The notes beneath the pieces were generated by a model, which saw only the letters and a list, made by a program, of their open reading frames with translations, was not told where the DNA came from and did not search any database. Below are positions 27,807 through 36,488 of a DNA stretch of 47,069 bases, one piece after another; the stretch's first letter is position 1, and each line of letters begins with the position of its first letter. Source of the stretch: Candidatus Thorarchaeota archaeon (GTDB taxonomy: Archaea; Asgardarchaeota; Thorarchaeia; Thorarchaeales; Thorarchaeaceae); assembly GCA_011364905.1 (NCBI GenBank), contig RDNZ01000022.1, positions 1 to 47,069 on the forward strand. The letters are read 5' to 3'. The translations under genes were made by a program, and so were the position numbers.

Positions 27807-28142
27807 ATGCATCTCAGAGATATTCAAGATAAAATAGACAAGTTCGATAAGGATCGCGGATGGGAGAAGTTTCCTGCTTCGTTGGTATTCACTCACTTAA
27901 TAGAGGAGCTGGGCGAGATCTCAAGACATATCACGGTGAAAGAAGGATACAAGGTAGTAGGACTTGGTCATGATGCACCTGCGCATGAAGAGTTGTCCCG
28001 CGAGTTTGCTCAAGCTTTCAATCTATTCACTCAGATTGCAAACACATTTGGAATTGACTTGGAGTCAGCTGTCCTTTCCGAGCTTGAAATCATGGATAAG
28101 AGATTCTCTGCCAAAGATTGGTCTCGCTATATGAATAAGTAG
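27807..28142 (+). CDS. MazG-like nucleotide pyrophosphohydrolase
   Basis: LIEELGEI...EFA...IAN..GIDLE. Confidence 0.85.
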   Translation: MHLRDIQDKIDKFDKDRGWEKFPASLVFTHLIEELGEISRHITVKEGYKVVGLGHDAPAHEELSREFAQAFNLFTQIANTFGIDLESAVLSELEIMDKRFSAKDWSRYMNK

Positions 28143-28187
28143 ACTCCTGACCGAAGTGATTTCACCAACTAGCTCGTACGTTTAGCA

Positions 28188-28619
28188 CTAACTCATTCTT
28201 CGGCTTGCTTCTAGTGCTTTCTTTGCCATGTCTTCTAGGTCCTTGGTGGCTGCAAGGAGACCAAGTGCTTTGTTATGCACCACTTTGATATTCTTCTCCT
28301 TTGCCCACTGGGCAAGTCCTGTGACCAATGGTCCTAGAGCTGTTCTTGCGGCTTCAACCGTACCGACGGCTTTTCCTAGAAGTTCTACACTATGTTTCTT
28401 CTCTTTCCCGGCCTCAGCAACTCTGAGCCACACAAGTCCATGAATCATATAGAGTGCATCTAACATTAATGTCGGAGACTTCGGATTATCCTGCACTTTT
28501 TTGAGTAGTCTTTCCTGTCTCTCTTCAAAGACTTCTTTAAAGAGGCTGAATGCCTTCTTGTCATTTCCTTTGTCCAGTTCAATGATGCCTTTCTGCAGTT
28601 TTTCGTCAGCTTCTGACAA
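28188..28619 (-). CDS. Hypothetical helical (TPR-like) protein
   Basis: All-helical ORF; GGAGTG RBS before TTG 28619. Confidence 0.65.
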   Translation of the reverse strand: MSEADEKLQKGIIELDKGNDKKAFSLFKEVFEERQERLLKKVQDNPKSPTLMLDALYMIHGLVWLRVAEAGKEKKHSVELLGKAVGTVEAARTALGPLVTGLAQWAKEKNIKVVHNKALGLLAATKDLEDMAKKALEASRRMS

Positions 28620-28795
28620 TGAAATCACTCCTGACTGTTGGTCTAAGTTACTTGTTCACTGTAGCACTAGTCTATTATGGGTTTCTACTTTAAACCCTTA
28701 AAGGCGTGTATTTCATGAATCCTGACTACTCACAACTTTCTTATGCTGCGTTGCTTCGCGCTATTTCTGACCTACAAGAAGCTGGGGGCTGACAT

Positions 28796-30391
28796 ATGAC
28801 AAAGGACACTTTCTCCTTTCAGGAACTAAAACACACAAATCATCGAGAGATAAAAGAAATTCAAGATAGGAAGTTTAGAGCCTTCATTCGCTATCAAGTC
28901 TGGCCAAATCATCCATATTACCGACGACTGTTCAAAGACAATGATGTTGATCCATTCAACATTACGTGTGTCGAGGATTGGGCTAAGTACAACATCCCTT
29001 TAGTGAGAAAGGTCGATTACCGTGATAACCTTCAGCAATTCGTACTCAATCCCATGGAAGTCGATGGCAAGCCTCGTGAATCTGCAGAAGCAATAGGCAA
29101 TCTCATGAAGTACGCAAACGAAGCTGGTCACAAAGATCTTGCGAAGTTTATCAGAAACAAAGGTGCGAAGGTTAAGCTGGGTATTGGTAAATCGGCTGCA
29201 ACAGCCGAGTTGAAGGAACGAGCAACCTATCAGTTTTCGCCGCTGCAGTTCTGGTTGAGTTCAGGAAGAGCCTCTGGTTTGCCAGCCCCGGTTTTCTTGA
29301 CCCGTTATGATAATGACTTGCTCTACAAGAATTGTGTCAAAGTCGGACAAATGGCTATTGATCCTTTCGTCGATAGCGGATGGGAATTGACAAGTATGAA
29401 TCTCTTTCCTTATGCTCCGCATCTTGGTTGGCATGCTGTCAATTTAGGTCTCAAGCAGATGTCGAAGTTTTATGTTGCGACTAGTGCTGGCGGAGCTATT
29501 CCCAGCGAAAGACTTGTTGACATTGCAGGACTATTCAATGTGAATGGCTTTGCTGGAATGCCAAGCTATCTCCGTAATAGATTCTTTCGAGCCATGAAGG
29601 AGGCAAAGGACTACAAAGCACCAGAAAGGAACGTCCTCGTTCTAGCAGGTGAAAAAATATACGAGCCAGCTGTTGATGATATGGTTAATACATTGGAGGA
29701 GAAAGGCGCAAAGGAGGTCCGCGTAGTAGGGGGCTACGCATCCTCTGAAAGTAAAATCTCATTTGCAGTCCAATGTGACCGACACGGACCATATCATAAT
29801 GTTTCTCCCCTCATGCTCGCATTTGAACTCATTAAATTCAATGATGATGGATCCTATGATTTCGTGGGTGACGATGAACCTGGCCATATGTGTCTGTTCC
29901 ATCTTGATAGTACAGGCACGGTGTTTGAAGGTTTCTTGCTGGGTGATGTTGCATCTCATCAAGAGAAAGGCAAGTGTCCAATATGTGACTTCGATGGACC
30001 CTTCTTCTGGGATATAGGACGGACTAATGACGCGCAGGCTCAGTTGGATATTATGGGGCTTAGCGAGAAGAAAATAAAAGGAGCAACGGTTAACCTCACT
30101 GCTTTACGCGAGATGCTTCTTTCAATTAGCCAGATTGAGGAGATACAAATCGAGGTTGCCAAGGAAGACATGAATGATCCATATAGTATGGATGTGCTGA
30201 ATCTTTACGTAGCACCGCGCGGACCAGCAGCTGGAGACTATAACTCCTTAATTCTGGAAATTCAGAAAATGACAAAGACTAACGCTGAAGTGACTCCTAG
30301 CGTCACCATTATGGGTTTCGAAGAACTACTTGAAAGAGCTGGCGGAATGAAATTCATGGAGATCATTGATAACAGACCAAAACCAGCATAG
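28796..30391 (+). CDS. PaaK-like (phenylacetate-CoA ligase family) adenylate-forming enzyme
   Basis: PYYRRLF, P.VRK, SSGRASG.P loop variant, AGE, YASSE, GD, IGR, IKG. Confidence 0.75.
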   Translation: MTKDTFSFQELKHTNHREIKEIQDRKFRAFIRYQVWPNHPYYRRLFKDNDVDPFNITCVEDWAKYNIPLVRKVDYRDNLQQFVLNPMEVDGKPRESAEAIGNLMKYANEAGHKDLAKFIRNKGAKVKLGIGKSAATAELKERATYQFSPLQFWLSSGRASGLPAPVFLTRYDNDLLYKNCVKVGQMAIDPFVDSGWELTSMNLFPYAPHLGWHAVNLGLKQMSKFYVATSAGGAIPSERLVDIAGLFNVNGFAGMPSYLRNRFFRAMKEAKDYKAPERNVLVLAGEKIYEPAVDDMVNTLEEKGAKEVRVVGGYASSESKISFAVQCDRHGPYHNVSPLMLAFELIKFNDDGSYDFVGDDEPGHMCLFHLDSTGTVFEGFLLGDVASHQEKGKCPICDFDGPFFWDIGRTNDAQAQLDIMGLSEKKIKGATVNLTALREMLLSISQIEEIQIEVAKEDMNDPYSMDVLNLYVAPRGPAAGDYNSLILEIQKMTKTNAEVTPSVTIMGFEELLERAGGMKFMEIIDNRPKPA

Positions 30392-30467
30392 ATCCAGTCT
30401 TGCAGCGTTAGAATGATGCGGAGAGATTATAACCAAAGCGTGAGAGGTATTTGTAGGAGGAATTAGA

Positions 30468-31412
30468 TTGGCTTTTGAAGGAGATTTGGGAATAGATGCT
30501 TCTCAAGCGCACGATGAAACTTATGCAGTAAGTGCTACGGGACTGGTATCGAGAACTTTCAACCAATGGTTTCACAAATTGGGACAGTACATCATCATTG
30601 TAGGCTTGGTAGGTACGATACTTGCCTTGGTCTCATTCTTTGTTCTCGTGGCATTCTTTTCATTGATTGGTACTATGGCAATGAATCCTATTGCATATAT
30701 CTTCAACAACTTATTGTTGCCACCCTTACCCGGAACAACTCTGATAGTTGTTTCATTGGTGTTTGCAACTCTTGCTTTTATCATAAATGCAGTAATAACC
30801 GGAGCCGCAACTAAATTCGCCCTTGATGACTATGGTGGAGGACGGAACGCAGAAGTTGGTGCAAGTTTCTCTTTTGCTCTTGGAAAAACTGGTACTATCA
30901 TTATTGTCCAAATCATTCAGACAATCCTAGTAACAGGTGCTATGGCACCAGGACTTGCATTATCACTCCTTGCTCTGTCAGGGATTGACATAACTGATCC
31001 ATTCAACCCGATTATTGCACCTGGGACCATGGAACTGATGATGGGTTCACTAGTACTTCTTCTCATCGGCGTCGTCGTTGCAGTGTATTTCTCTATTAGG
31101 TTCGCTCCTGTCATGCCAGTTGTGGTTGATAGCAACTTGTCAGCTATTGATTCTTTGAAGAAATCCTGGAGTATGACCGGTGGAAATATGTTACATGTCT
31201 TTGGAGGACTGTTTTTGGTCGGAATCATTGTTGCTATCCTAGACCTGATGGCTAGCATGGTTCTCTTCTTTACTCCGTACTACGCTACGGTATCAGCCGT
31301 CATTTCAGCCTTGTTGTTCAGTGCGATAAGTTATGTCTTCTCGGTTGTCCTGTACAGGGACCTAAGTGCTCGAAGAGGAGAATCTAGTCTGGATTCACTG
31401 ATGGTAGGTTAG
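30468..31412 (+). CDS. Multi-pass membrane protein
   Basis: About 6 TM segments; SAIDSLKKSWSMT.GN and LYRDL, as in GDPD-membrane-anchor-like families. Confidence 0.75.
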   Translation: MAFEGDLGIDASQAHDETYAVSATGLVSRTFNQWFHKLGQYIIIVGLVGTILALVSFFVLVAFFSLIGTMAMNPIAYIFNNLLLPPLPGTTLIVVSLVFATLAFIINAVITGAATKFALDDYGGGRNAEVGASFSFALGKTGTIIIVQIIQTILVTGAMAPGLALSLLALSGIDITDPFNPIIAPGTMELMMGSLVLLLIGVVVAVYFSIRFAPVMPVVVDSNLSAIDSLKKSWSMTGGNMLHVFGGLFLVGIIVAILDLMASMVLFFTPYYATVSAVISALLFSAISYVFSVVLYRDLSARRGESSLDSLMVG

Positions 31413-31419
31413 GATATTG

Positions 31420-31441
31420 TTGGGAGCGACAATGCTCCCAA
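31420..31441. terminator. Inverted repeat between convergent genes
   Basis: TTGGGAGC-GACAAT-GCTCCCAA, perfect 8-bp stem. Confidence 0.45.
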
Positions 31442-31476
31442 TCCTCTTCCATCACCCACGAAGGTTTCAGTTAGTT

Positions 31477-32808
31477 TCATTTCAGTTTGTGCTTCTTGAC
31501 AAACTCTGTTAGAACGTCCTCTAGATTCGGTCTGCCTATCTCCTGAAGATCATATCGAACTCTGACATTTGGTTTGTCAATCTTTATGACGCGATTGAGG
31601 TCAATCGGAGTTCCGATGACTATTGCTTCGGCATCTGATTCATTAATTGTCTTCTGAAGTTCTGTCATCTGTTTCTTCCCATACCCCATCGCTGGTAAGA
31701 CGTTCTCCAAATGCGAATACTTTTCGAAAGTGGCTTTGATGCTTCCCACCGCAAATGGTCTTGGGTCAATAATTATCGCTCCAGCTTTTCGCGCTGCAAT
31801 GTAACCTGCCCCATATCGCATTCCGCCATGAGTGACAGTAGGTCCATCCTCTATGACAATCACGCGTTTGCCTTTGATCTTCTCAATATCTGATATTGTG
31901 AGTGGAGATGCTGCATCGATGATTGTGGCTTGTGGATTCACAGACATGATGTCCTCTCTGACTTTTTCTATATTCTCATAATCAGCTGTGTCTTCTTTGT
32001 TGATAACAACGACATCAGCCATTCTCAAATTGGTTTCACCGGGGTAATATGAAATTTCATGGCCCGGTCTGTGAGGGTCTGTAATAACAATAAGTAGGTC
32101 TGGTTTGTAGAAAGGAAAGTCGTTATTGCCTCCATCCCACGTGATGACATCTGCTTCTTTTTCAGCTTGCTCTAGGATTTTGCCATAGTCCACTCCAGCA
32201 TAGAGGATGACTCCCATGTTTATCATAGGTTCGTACTCTTCACGTTCCTCAATCGTGCAGTGATACTTGTCCATGTCTTCTAGCTTCTCGTACCTCTGGG
32301 CAATCTGCGTGGTTAGGTCAGGATCATATGGCATTGGATGTCTGATATTCACTGGTTTAAGTCCCAAATGCACGAGAATCTGATTTACCCTTCTTGAGGT
32401 CTGACTCTTTCCACAACCAGTCCGGACAGCACAGACTGCTATGACCGGCTTTTTACTCTTAATCATGGTGTTTTTGGGTCCCATAAGTCGCATATCGGGC
32501 CCTAGACTATTCACCCATGCAATCTTATGACCCACAGTCTGGTAAGGTAAGTCAGAGTATGCTAGAATGCACTGCTCAACATCTAACTCCTTAATGAGCT
32601 CAGGTAGGTTCTTCTCTGGATAGATTTTAATTCCCTTTGGATAAAGAGGTCCCGCGAGCTCCGGCGGATACATCCTGTCCCCTATTCCTGGTATCTGTTC
32701 TGCTGTGAACGCAACGACATCGTAGTCTTCGTTGTTTCTGAAGAAGACGTTGAAGTTATGGAAATCGCGACCGGCTGCGCCCATAATAATGACTTTCTTT
32801 TTACTCAT
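31477..32808 (-). CDS. Cyclic 2,3-diphosphoglycerate synthetase-like P-loop NTPase (possible arginine synthetase)
   Basis: IIMGAAGRDFHNFN, AVRTGCGKSQT, RHPMPY, EEREEYE, WDGGNND, EDGPT.THGGM. Confidence 0.85.
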   Translation of the reverse strand: MSKKKVIIMGAAGRDFHNFNVFFRNNEDYDVVAFTAEQIPGIGDRMYPPELAGPLYPKGIKIYPEKNLPELIKELDVEQCILAYSDLPYQTVGHKIAWVNSLGPDMRLMGPKNTMIKSKKPVIAVCAVRTGCGKSQTSRRVNQILVHLGLKPVNIRHPMPYDPDLTTQIAQRYEKLEDMDKYHCTIEEREEYEPMINMGVILYAGVDYGKILEQAEKEADVITWDGGNNDFPFYKPDLLIVITDPHRPGHEISYYPGETNLRMADVVVINKEDTADYENIEKVREDIMSVNPQATIIDAASPLTISDIEKIKGKRVIVIEDGPTVTHGGMRYGAGYIAARKAGAIIIDPRPFAVGSIKATFEKYSHLENVLPAMGYGKKQMTELQKTINESDAEAIVIGTPIDLNRVIKIDKPNVRVRYDLQEIGRPNLEDVLTEFVKKHKLK

Positions 32809-32919
32809 CTCTAGCTTCACTCCGGGTCTTGAGAGGTTTCTATGGCTTTGGATTTTGAGTCAAGTTAAAAAATGTCTGGTCTAACCAAACGCAGATGCAA
32901 TGTAACGGTAGTTGTTAGC

Positions 32920-33016
32920 GTCTCCAAAATATTGGAGACCACACCGAATAATGCAGTCTCTCATTTTTCGAAAGAATACTCGGAGAGTTTTTCTAGATTC
33001 TTTAAATTCTAGATTC
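32920..33016. promoter_or_regulatory. Candidate operator elements in the divergent promoter upstream of the E2F-like gene
   Basis: Inverted repeat GTCTCCAA-N4-TTGGAGAC (32920-32939); direct repeat TTCTAGATTC at 32991 and 33007, flanking TTTAAA. Confidence 0.35.
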
Positions 33017-33159
33017 ATGTGTTATGTCAGTAATACCTTCGATAAATCGCAGTGTCTTGTATAATATGGGAATTACAAACCCATAAATACAGGATTGGAC
33101 AAATAAACTGGAAGTGTGCTCATTTGAGCAAGCCGCCGGATTTCACGTGGGGTGCATAG

Positions 33160-33711
33160 TTGAAGCTAGTTGATCTGGCCAAGGAGTCAGTTAGGGTCTT
33201 AAAGGAATGCGGGGATGCAGGAATCAGAAGTGACATTTTGGCTGAACGGCTGGATACCCCAAAGCGGCGTGTCTATGATATTATTGCTGTTCTAAAAGCT
33301 CTAGGCCAAGTAAGCACAACTCGAAAGTTTGATGGAACTATCGTTCGATGGATTGACAAGAGCAAAGACTTCGTTCCTCGTGAGTACTATTCTGAGCTAA
33401 AGATCCAACTTGACCAAGAGAGCAGCGAACGGAAGCATCTCCAAGTTCAGGTGGCTGAACTCAAAGAACAGGTTCGTATTTCTAAAATCAAACTACGCAG
33501 AGAATCGACAGCTGTTGAAATATCAAACAAGACCGAGTTCAATACAACTCAGCTTCGTGTCCGTGCTCTTTCAAGTAATGGAATAAAGAGTGTGAAACAC
33601 TCTGGCGTAGAAGTGAAGATTGAGACTCATGAAGCTGGAATGGTTGTAGATCCGTCAGAAATTGAAGTGGACGAAAAGAAAGCCTTAATCACCAAGCTTC
33701 AGCGTCTTTAG
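33160..33711 (+). CDS. E2F/DP-family winged-helix transcription factor homologue
   Basis: LAERL...KRRVYDIIAVL.ALG.V......IVRW carries the RRxYD signature; followed by a coiled coil and a beta-rich segment. Confidence 0.85.
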   Translation: MKLVDLAKESVRVLKECGDAGIRSDILAERLDTPKRRVYDIIAVLKALGQVSTTRKFDGTIVRWIDKSKDFVPREYYSELKIQLDQESSERKHLQVQVAELKEQVRISKIKLRRESTAVEISNKTEFNTTQLRVRALSSNGIKSVKHSGVEVKIETHEAGMVVDPSEIEVDEKKALITKLQRL

Positions 33712-33716
33712 ATAAT

Positions 33717-34106
33717 TCAATCTGTTAGCCGAATAGCAACCTGACTTCCTCGACGAACTGTGGCTAAGGCTTCAAGCTGTTTTTCATCAGATGTTATCTT
33801 CCCTATGATGTTCACCTGACTAAATGTCAGTTTATCTTTTAGATAGATATCCAGCGAATCACCAAGAGGCTGATAGGCTATATCGCCTTTTTTAACCTCA
33901 TTAGTTGGTTTCGCATTGCCCTTTGATATACCTAATGTGATTTTCATCTCATCACGCATGAAAGCAGTTCTACCTTCTAAGGGCAGGCGAAACTTGATCT
34001 CTTCAACAATGAGCGGTGCATAGATACGATTCAGAGTTCCTCTCAGTACCAAGTTTCCATCGAATACAAATTCTATCCGAAGATCAGTGTCGCTTAAATC
34101 GTCCAT
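33717..34106 (-). CDS. Cyclophilin-like fold protein
   Basis: LPLEG, VKKGDIAYQP.G..L.IY, VNIIGKI. Confidence 0.8.
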   Translation of the reverse strand: MDDLSDTDLRIEFVFDGNLVLRGTLNRIYAPLIVEEIKFRLPLEGRTAFMRDEMKITLGISKGNAKPTNEVKKGDIAYQPLGDSLDIYLKDKLTFSQVNIIGKITSDEKQLEALATVRRGSQVAIRLTD

Positions 34107-34189
34107 GCCATCGCCTGAACAAGGGGTCCTAAAATCTCCTATGTTATGCCCAGCAGCAAAGGCTTAATTGGGCATAGACCAAACTGGAC

Positions 34190-35332
34190 TTGGAGTGGTT
34201 TCGGCTGGCCTCCACCAAACTTGATGTAGCATTTGTTGTTGACACGACAGGTTCAATGAAGGACGATATCAAAGCAGTCAAGGACAGTCTCTTTGAGATT
34301 GTGGACCGTATTACCACAAGGACTGAGAATCTGGAGATACGATTCGGAGTAGTGTCCTACAGAGACCATCCTCCACAAGACAGGACATACGTGACACGAG
34401 TGTTTGATTTTGATGCAAAAGTAAAACGTGTTCACAAATTAATTTCCGATTTGAATCCCTCCGAAGGCGGTGATACTCCTGAAGCAGTGGCTGACGGTCT
34501 CTATGATGCTCGAACCAAGCTTTCATGGGAGCGAGATGCATACAAAGTTCTACTTCTTGTTGGAGACGCTCCGCCTCATGGAAGGACATACAATACCATT
34601 GGCGATGATTATTTCCCGGAAGGTTGTCCAAAAGGACATGATGCAATTACAGAAGTTCAACAAATGAGGACAGACTTCGGTAGCACAGTTTTCGTTTTTG
34701 TATGCGGATGCAATCCACTCGTTGAAGACTCATTTAGGCGAATTGCGGCATCAGTGGATGATGGACAATATTACTCTCTTCTCGATGCTCATGAACTTCC
34801 TGAGGCCATACTACGGATACTTGAAGGAGTGAGCGACTTAATCGAATCAGATAGGAAAGTGCTCACTTACTATGAGGCCAACGACGGTACTTTTGATATG
34901 GGTGACGCTGCATCCAACTTAAACTTGGAGCTAAGGGAGCTAAAAACATCCCTCTCACGCTTGCTCGAATTGGGCCGGATTGCCAGGTGGCCAAAAGGGA
35001 GACCGTTATCGACATCTCAGAAGGACCTGACAGTTGTTTTGGGAGAAATACCAAACAACATCGTTGCTGGAAAGGCTTTCAATTATACAATCAGAGTGAA
35101 GAATCCAAGCTCCACGGTTGTTGGTATTCGAGTAATTGCATCCATAGCTACTCCGGATGGCGTTTCCGAGGTCACAAATGAGCACCATGATATTAGCCCT
35201 AATGCAGACAAAAAACTTGAACTGAAGCTTGTGGCAATGACTGATGCCAAAGGAAAAGCATCTTTCAAAGTTGAAGTGTTTTATGGTTCGAGATCTGTTG
35301 CCGCAAAGATTTACAATACTCGAATATATTGA
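34190..35332 (+). CDS. vWA domain - wHTH - Ig-like domain protein
   Basis: DVAFVVDTTGSM, YRDHPPQD, GGDTPEAV, GDAPPHG; wHTH-like AASNLNLELRELKTSLSRLLELGRI; beta-rich C-terminus. Real start may be CTG 34205. Confidence 0.85.
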   Translation: MEWFRLASTKLDVAFVVDTTGSMKDDIKAVKDSLFEIVDRITTRTENLEIRFGVVSYRDHPPQDRTYVTRVFDFDAKVKRVHKLISDLNPSEGGDTPEAVADGLYDARTKLSWERDAYKVLLLVGDAPPHGRTYNTIGDDYFPEGCPKGHDAITEVQQMRTDFGSTVFVFVCGCNPLVEDSFRRIAASVDDGQYYSLLDAHELPEAILRILEGVSDLIESDRKVLTYYEANDGTFDMGDAASNLNLELRELKTSLSRLLELGRIARWPKGRPLSTSQKDLTVVLGEIPNNIVAGKAFNYTIRVKNPSSTVVGIRVIASIATPDGVSEVTNEHHDISPNADKKLELKLVAMTDAKGKASFKVEVFYGSRSVAAKIYNTRIY

Positions 35333-35345
35333 AGGAGGGATCTCA

Positions 35346-36488
35346 TTGAAACTACGTCCAAAACGCGGACGAAATCAACAAGGTCTTTGTTTTGTTTCAA
35401 CTAATCTATTTGATTCAACCACCAATGCATTCCAACTATCCTGTAAATCAAACTCCGTGATTTCGGATGTCAGGGCTTCTCCCAAGGTGCCAAAGGATGT
35501 TATCATTCTTGATGCACGTGTTTTCGATCAGCTTGCATGTTGCGAAGAAGACGAAGTTGAGTTGATTCCTGAAAAGAGCGAAATTCCAGTCTGCACTGAG
35601 ATTCATCTCGGCGTTGTGTCAAGAAGAGGTCTTGATAATCATACAGTCGCGCAAGCAATTTCCAAAAGAATTGATGACTTTCAAGAACACTTTGATGGGC
35701 TCATTCTCGGAGTTGGTCAGGAGATATCTTTGCCTGAATTGGGTGTCAGTTTAGTAATCAAGTCAATGAGTCCCGTTGAACCTAAGAGGAACGCGGCTAG
35801 AATCGACTGGAAAAGACTCATCAAGATTCATCTCAAAGCCATTGAATCAAAACCAAGTAATCTTTGTTTTATCGTGGAAGTGTCCGCAGCCACACAGATC
35901 AAAGATGTCCAGGTAGATGCAGCAGAAGACGCCCATATCACACGTCATCAAGGAATCCTAGAATCTCTTGAATCCCTTGAGGAACGACTGCAGCCTAAAC
36001 AGATTGAGAAATTCGCTGGATTCATCTTCTCTGATAAACTAGTTCCCTTCATTACCTTTGACTCACAGACCGGGGAGGAAACTCAAATCACTAACTTGCA
36101 TTCTGCATCTCTGATTGGATCTTTCAGAGTTTTCCTCGAAGGCACAATTAACGAATTCTCGCAAAAACCTTCTAATCCGGGTCTGGCTCTGAATCAAGGA
36201 TTAGACACAGCCAGTTTGCTGAATGAAGCCAATGGTCTAGTCACAATAGTTGTGTTCTTTTCAAGCGGCGTTTATTCCGCAGGCCAGAATCCCGTGAAAA
36301 TCACCCGTCAAGCCATGACCAATAAATCCGTCAAAATACTTTGTATTTCAGTCGGCGAGAATTCCGCAACAGACATTATGGAAGCTGTAGCTAAGGAAGG
36401 TAATGGATTTGTAATTCAATTGGATAGTGTTCAGAAGACCAGTTCAATTGCAGATGCCATAACTGAAATCGCTAACAATTCAGGGTGA
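35346..36488 (+). CDS. CDC48-N-like domain plus degenerate vWA protein
   Basis: VPKDVIILD..VF..L...E.DEVEL barrel pattern; vWA strands LCFIVEVS, VVFFSSG, ILCISVG, AVAKEGNG. Start moved to TTG after GGAGG. Confidence 0.75.
   Translation: MKLRPKRGRNQQGLCFVSTNLFDSTTNAFQLSCKSNSVISDVRASPKVPKDVIILDARVFDQLACCEEDEVELIPEKSEIPVCTEIHLGVVSRRGLDNHTVAQAISKRIDDFQEHFDGLILGVGQEISLPELGVSLVIKSMSPVEPKRNAARIDWKRLIKIHLKAIESKPSNLCFIVEVSAATQIKDVQVDAAEDAHITRHQGILESLESLEERLQPKQIEKFAGFIFSDKLVPFITFDSQTGEETQITNLHSASLIGSFRVFLEGTINEFSQKPSNPGLALNQGLDTASLLNEANGLVTIVVFFSSGVYSAGQNPVKITRQAMTNKSVKILCISVGENSATDIMEAVAKEGNGFVIQLDSVQKTSSIADAITEIANNSG

Noticed and set aside
33144-33149. CACGTG E-box just upstream of the E2F-like gene
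   Set aside because: A single 6-mer, expected by chance
35244-35345. ORF-track N-terminus overlapping the upstream vWA gene (possible frameshift fusion)
   Set aside because: A strong GGAGG plus TTG at 35346 explains it as a separate gene; no slippery site seen
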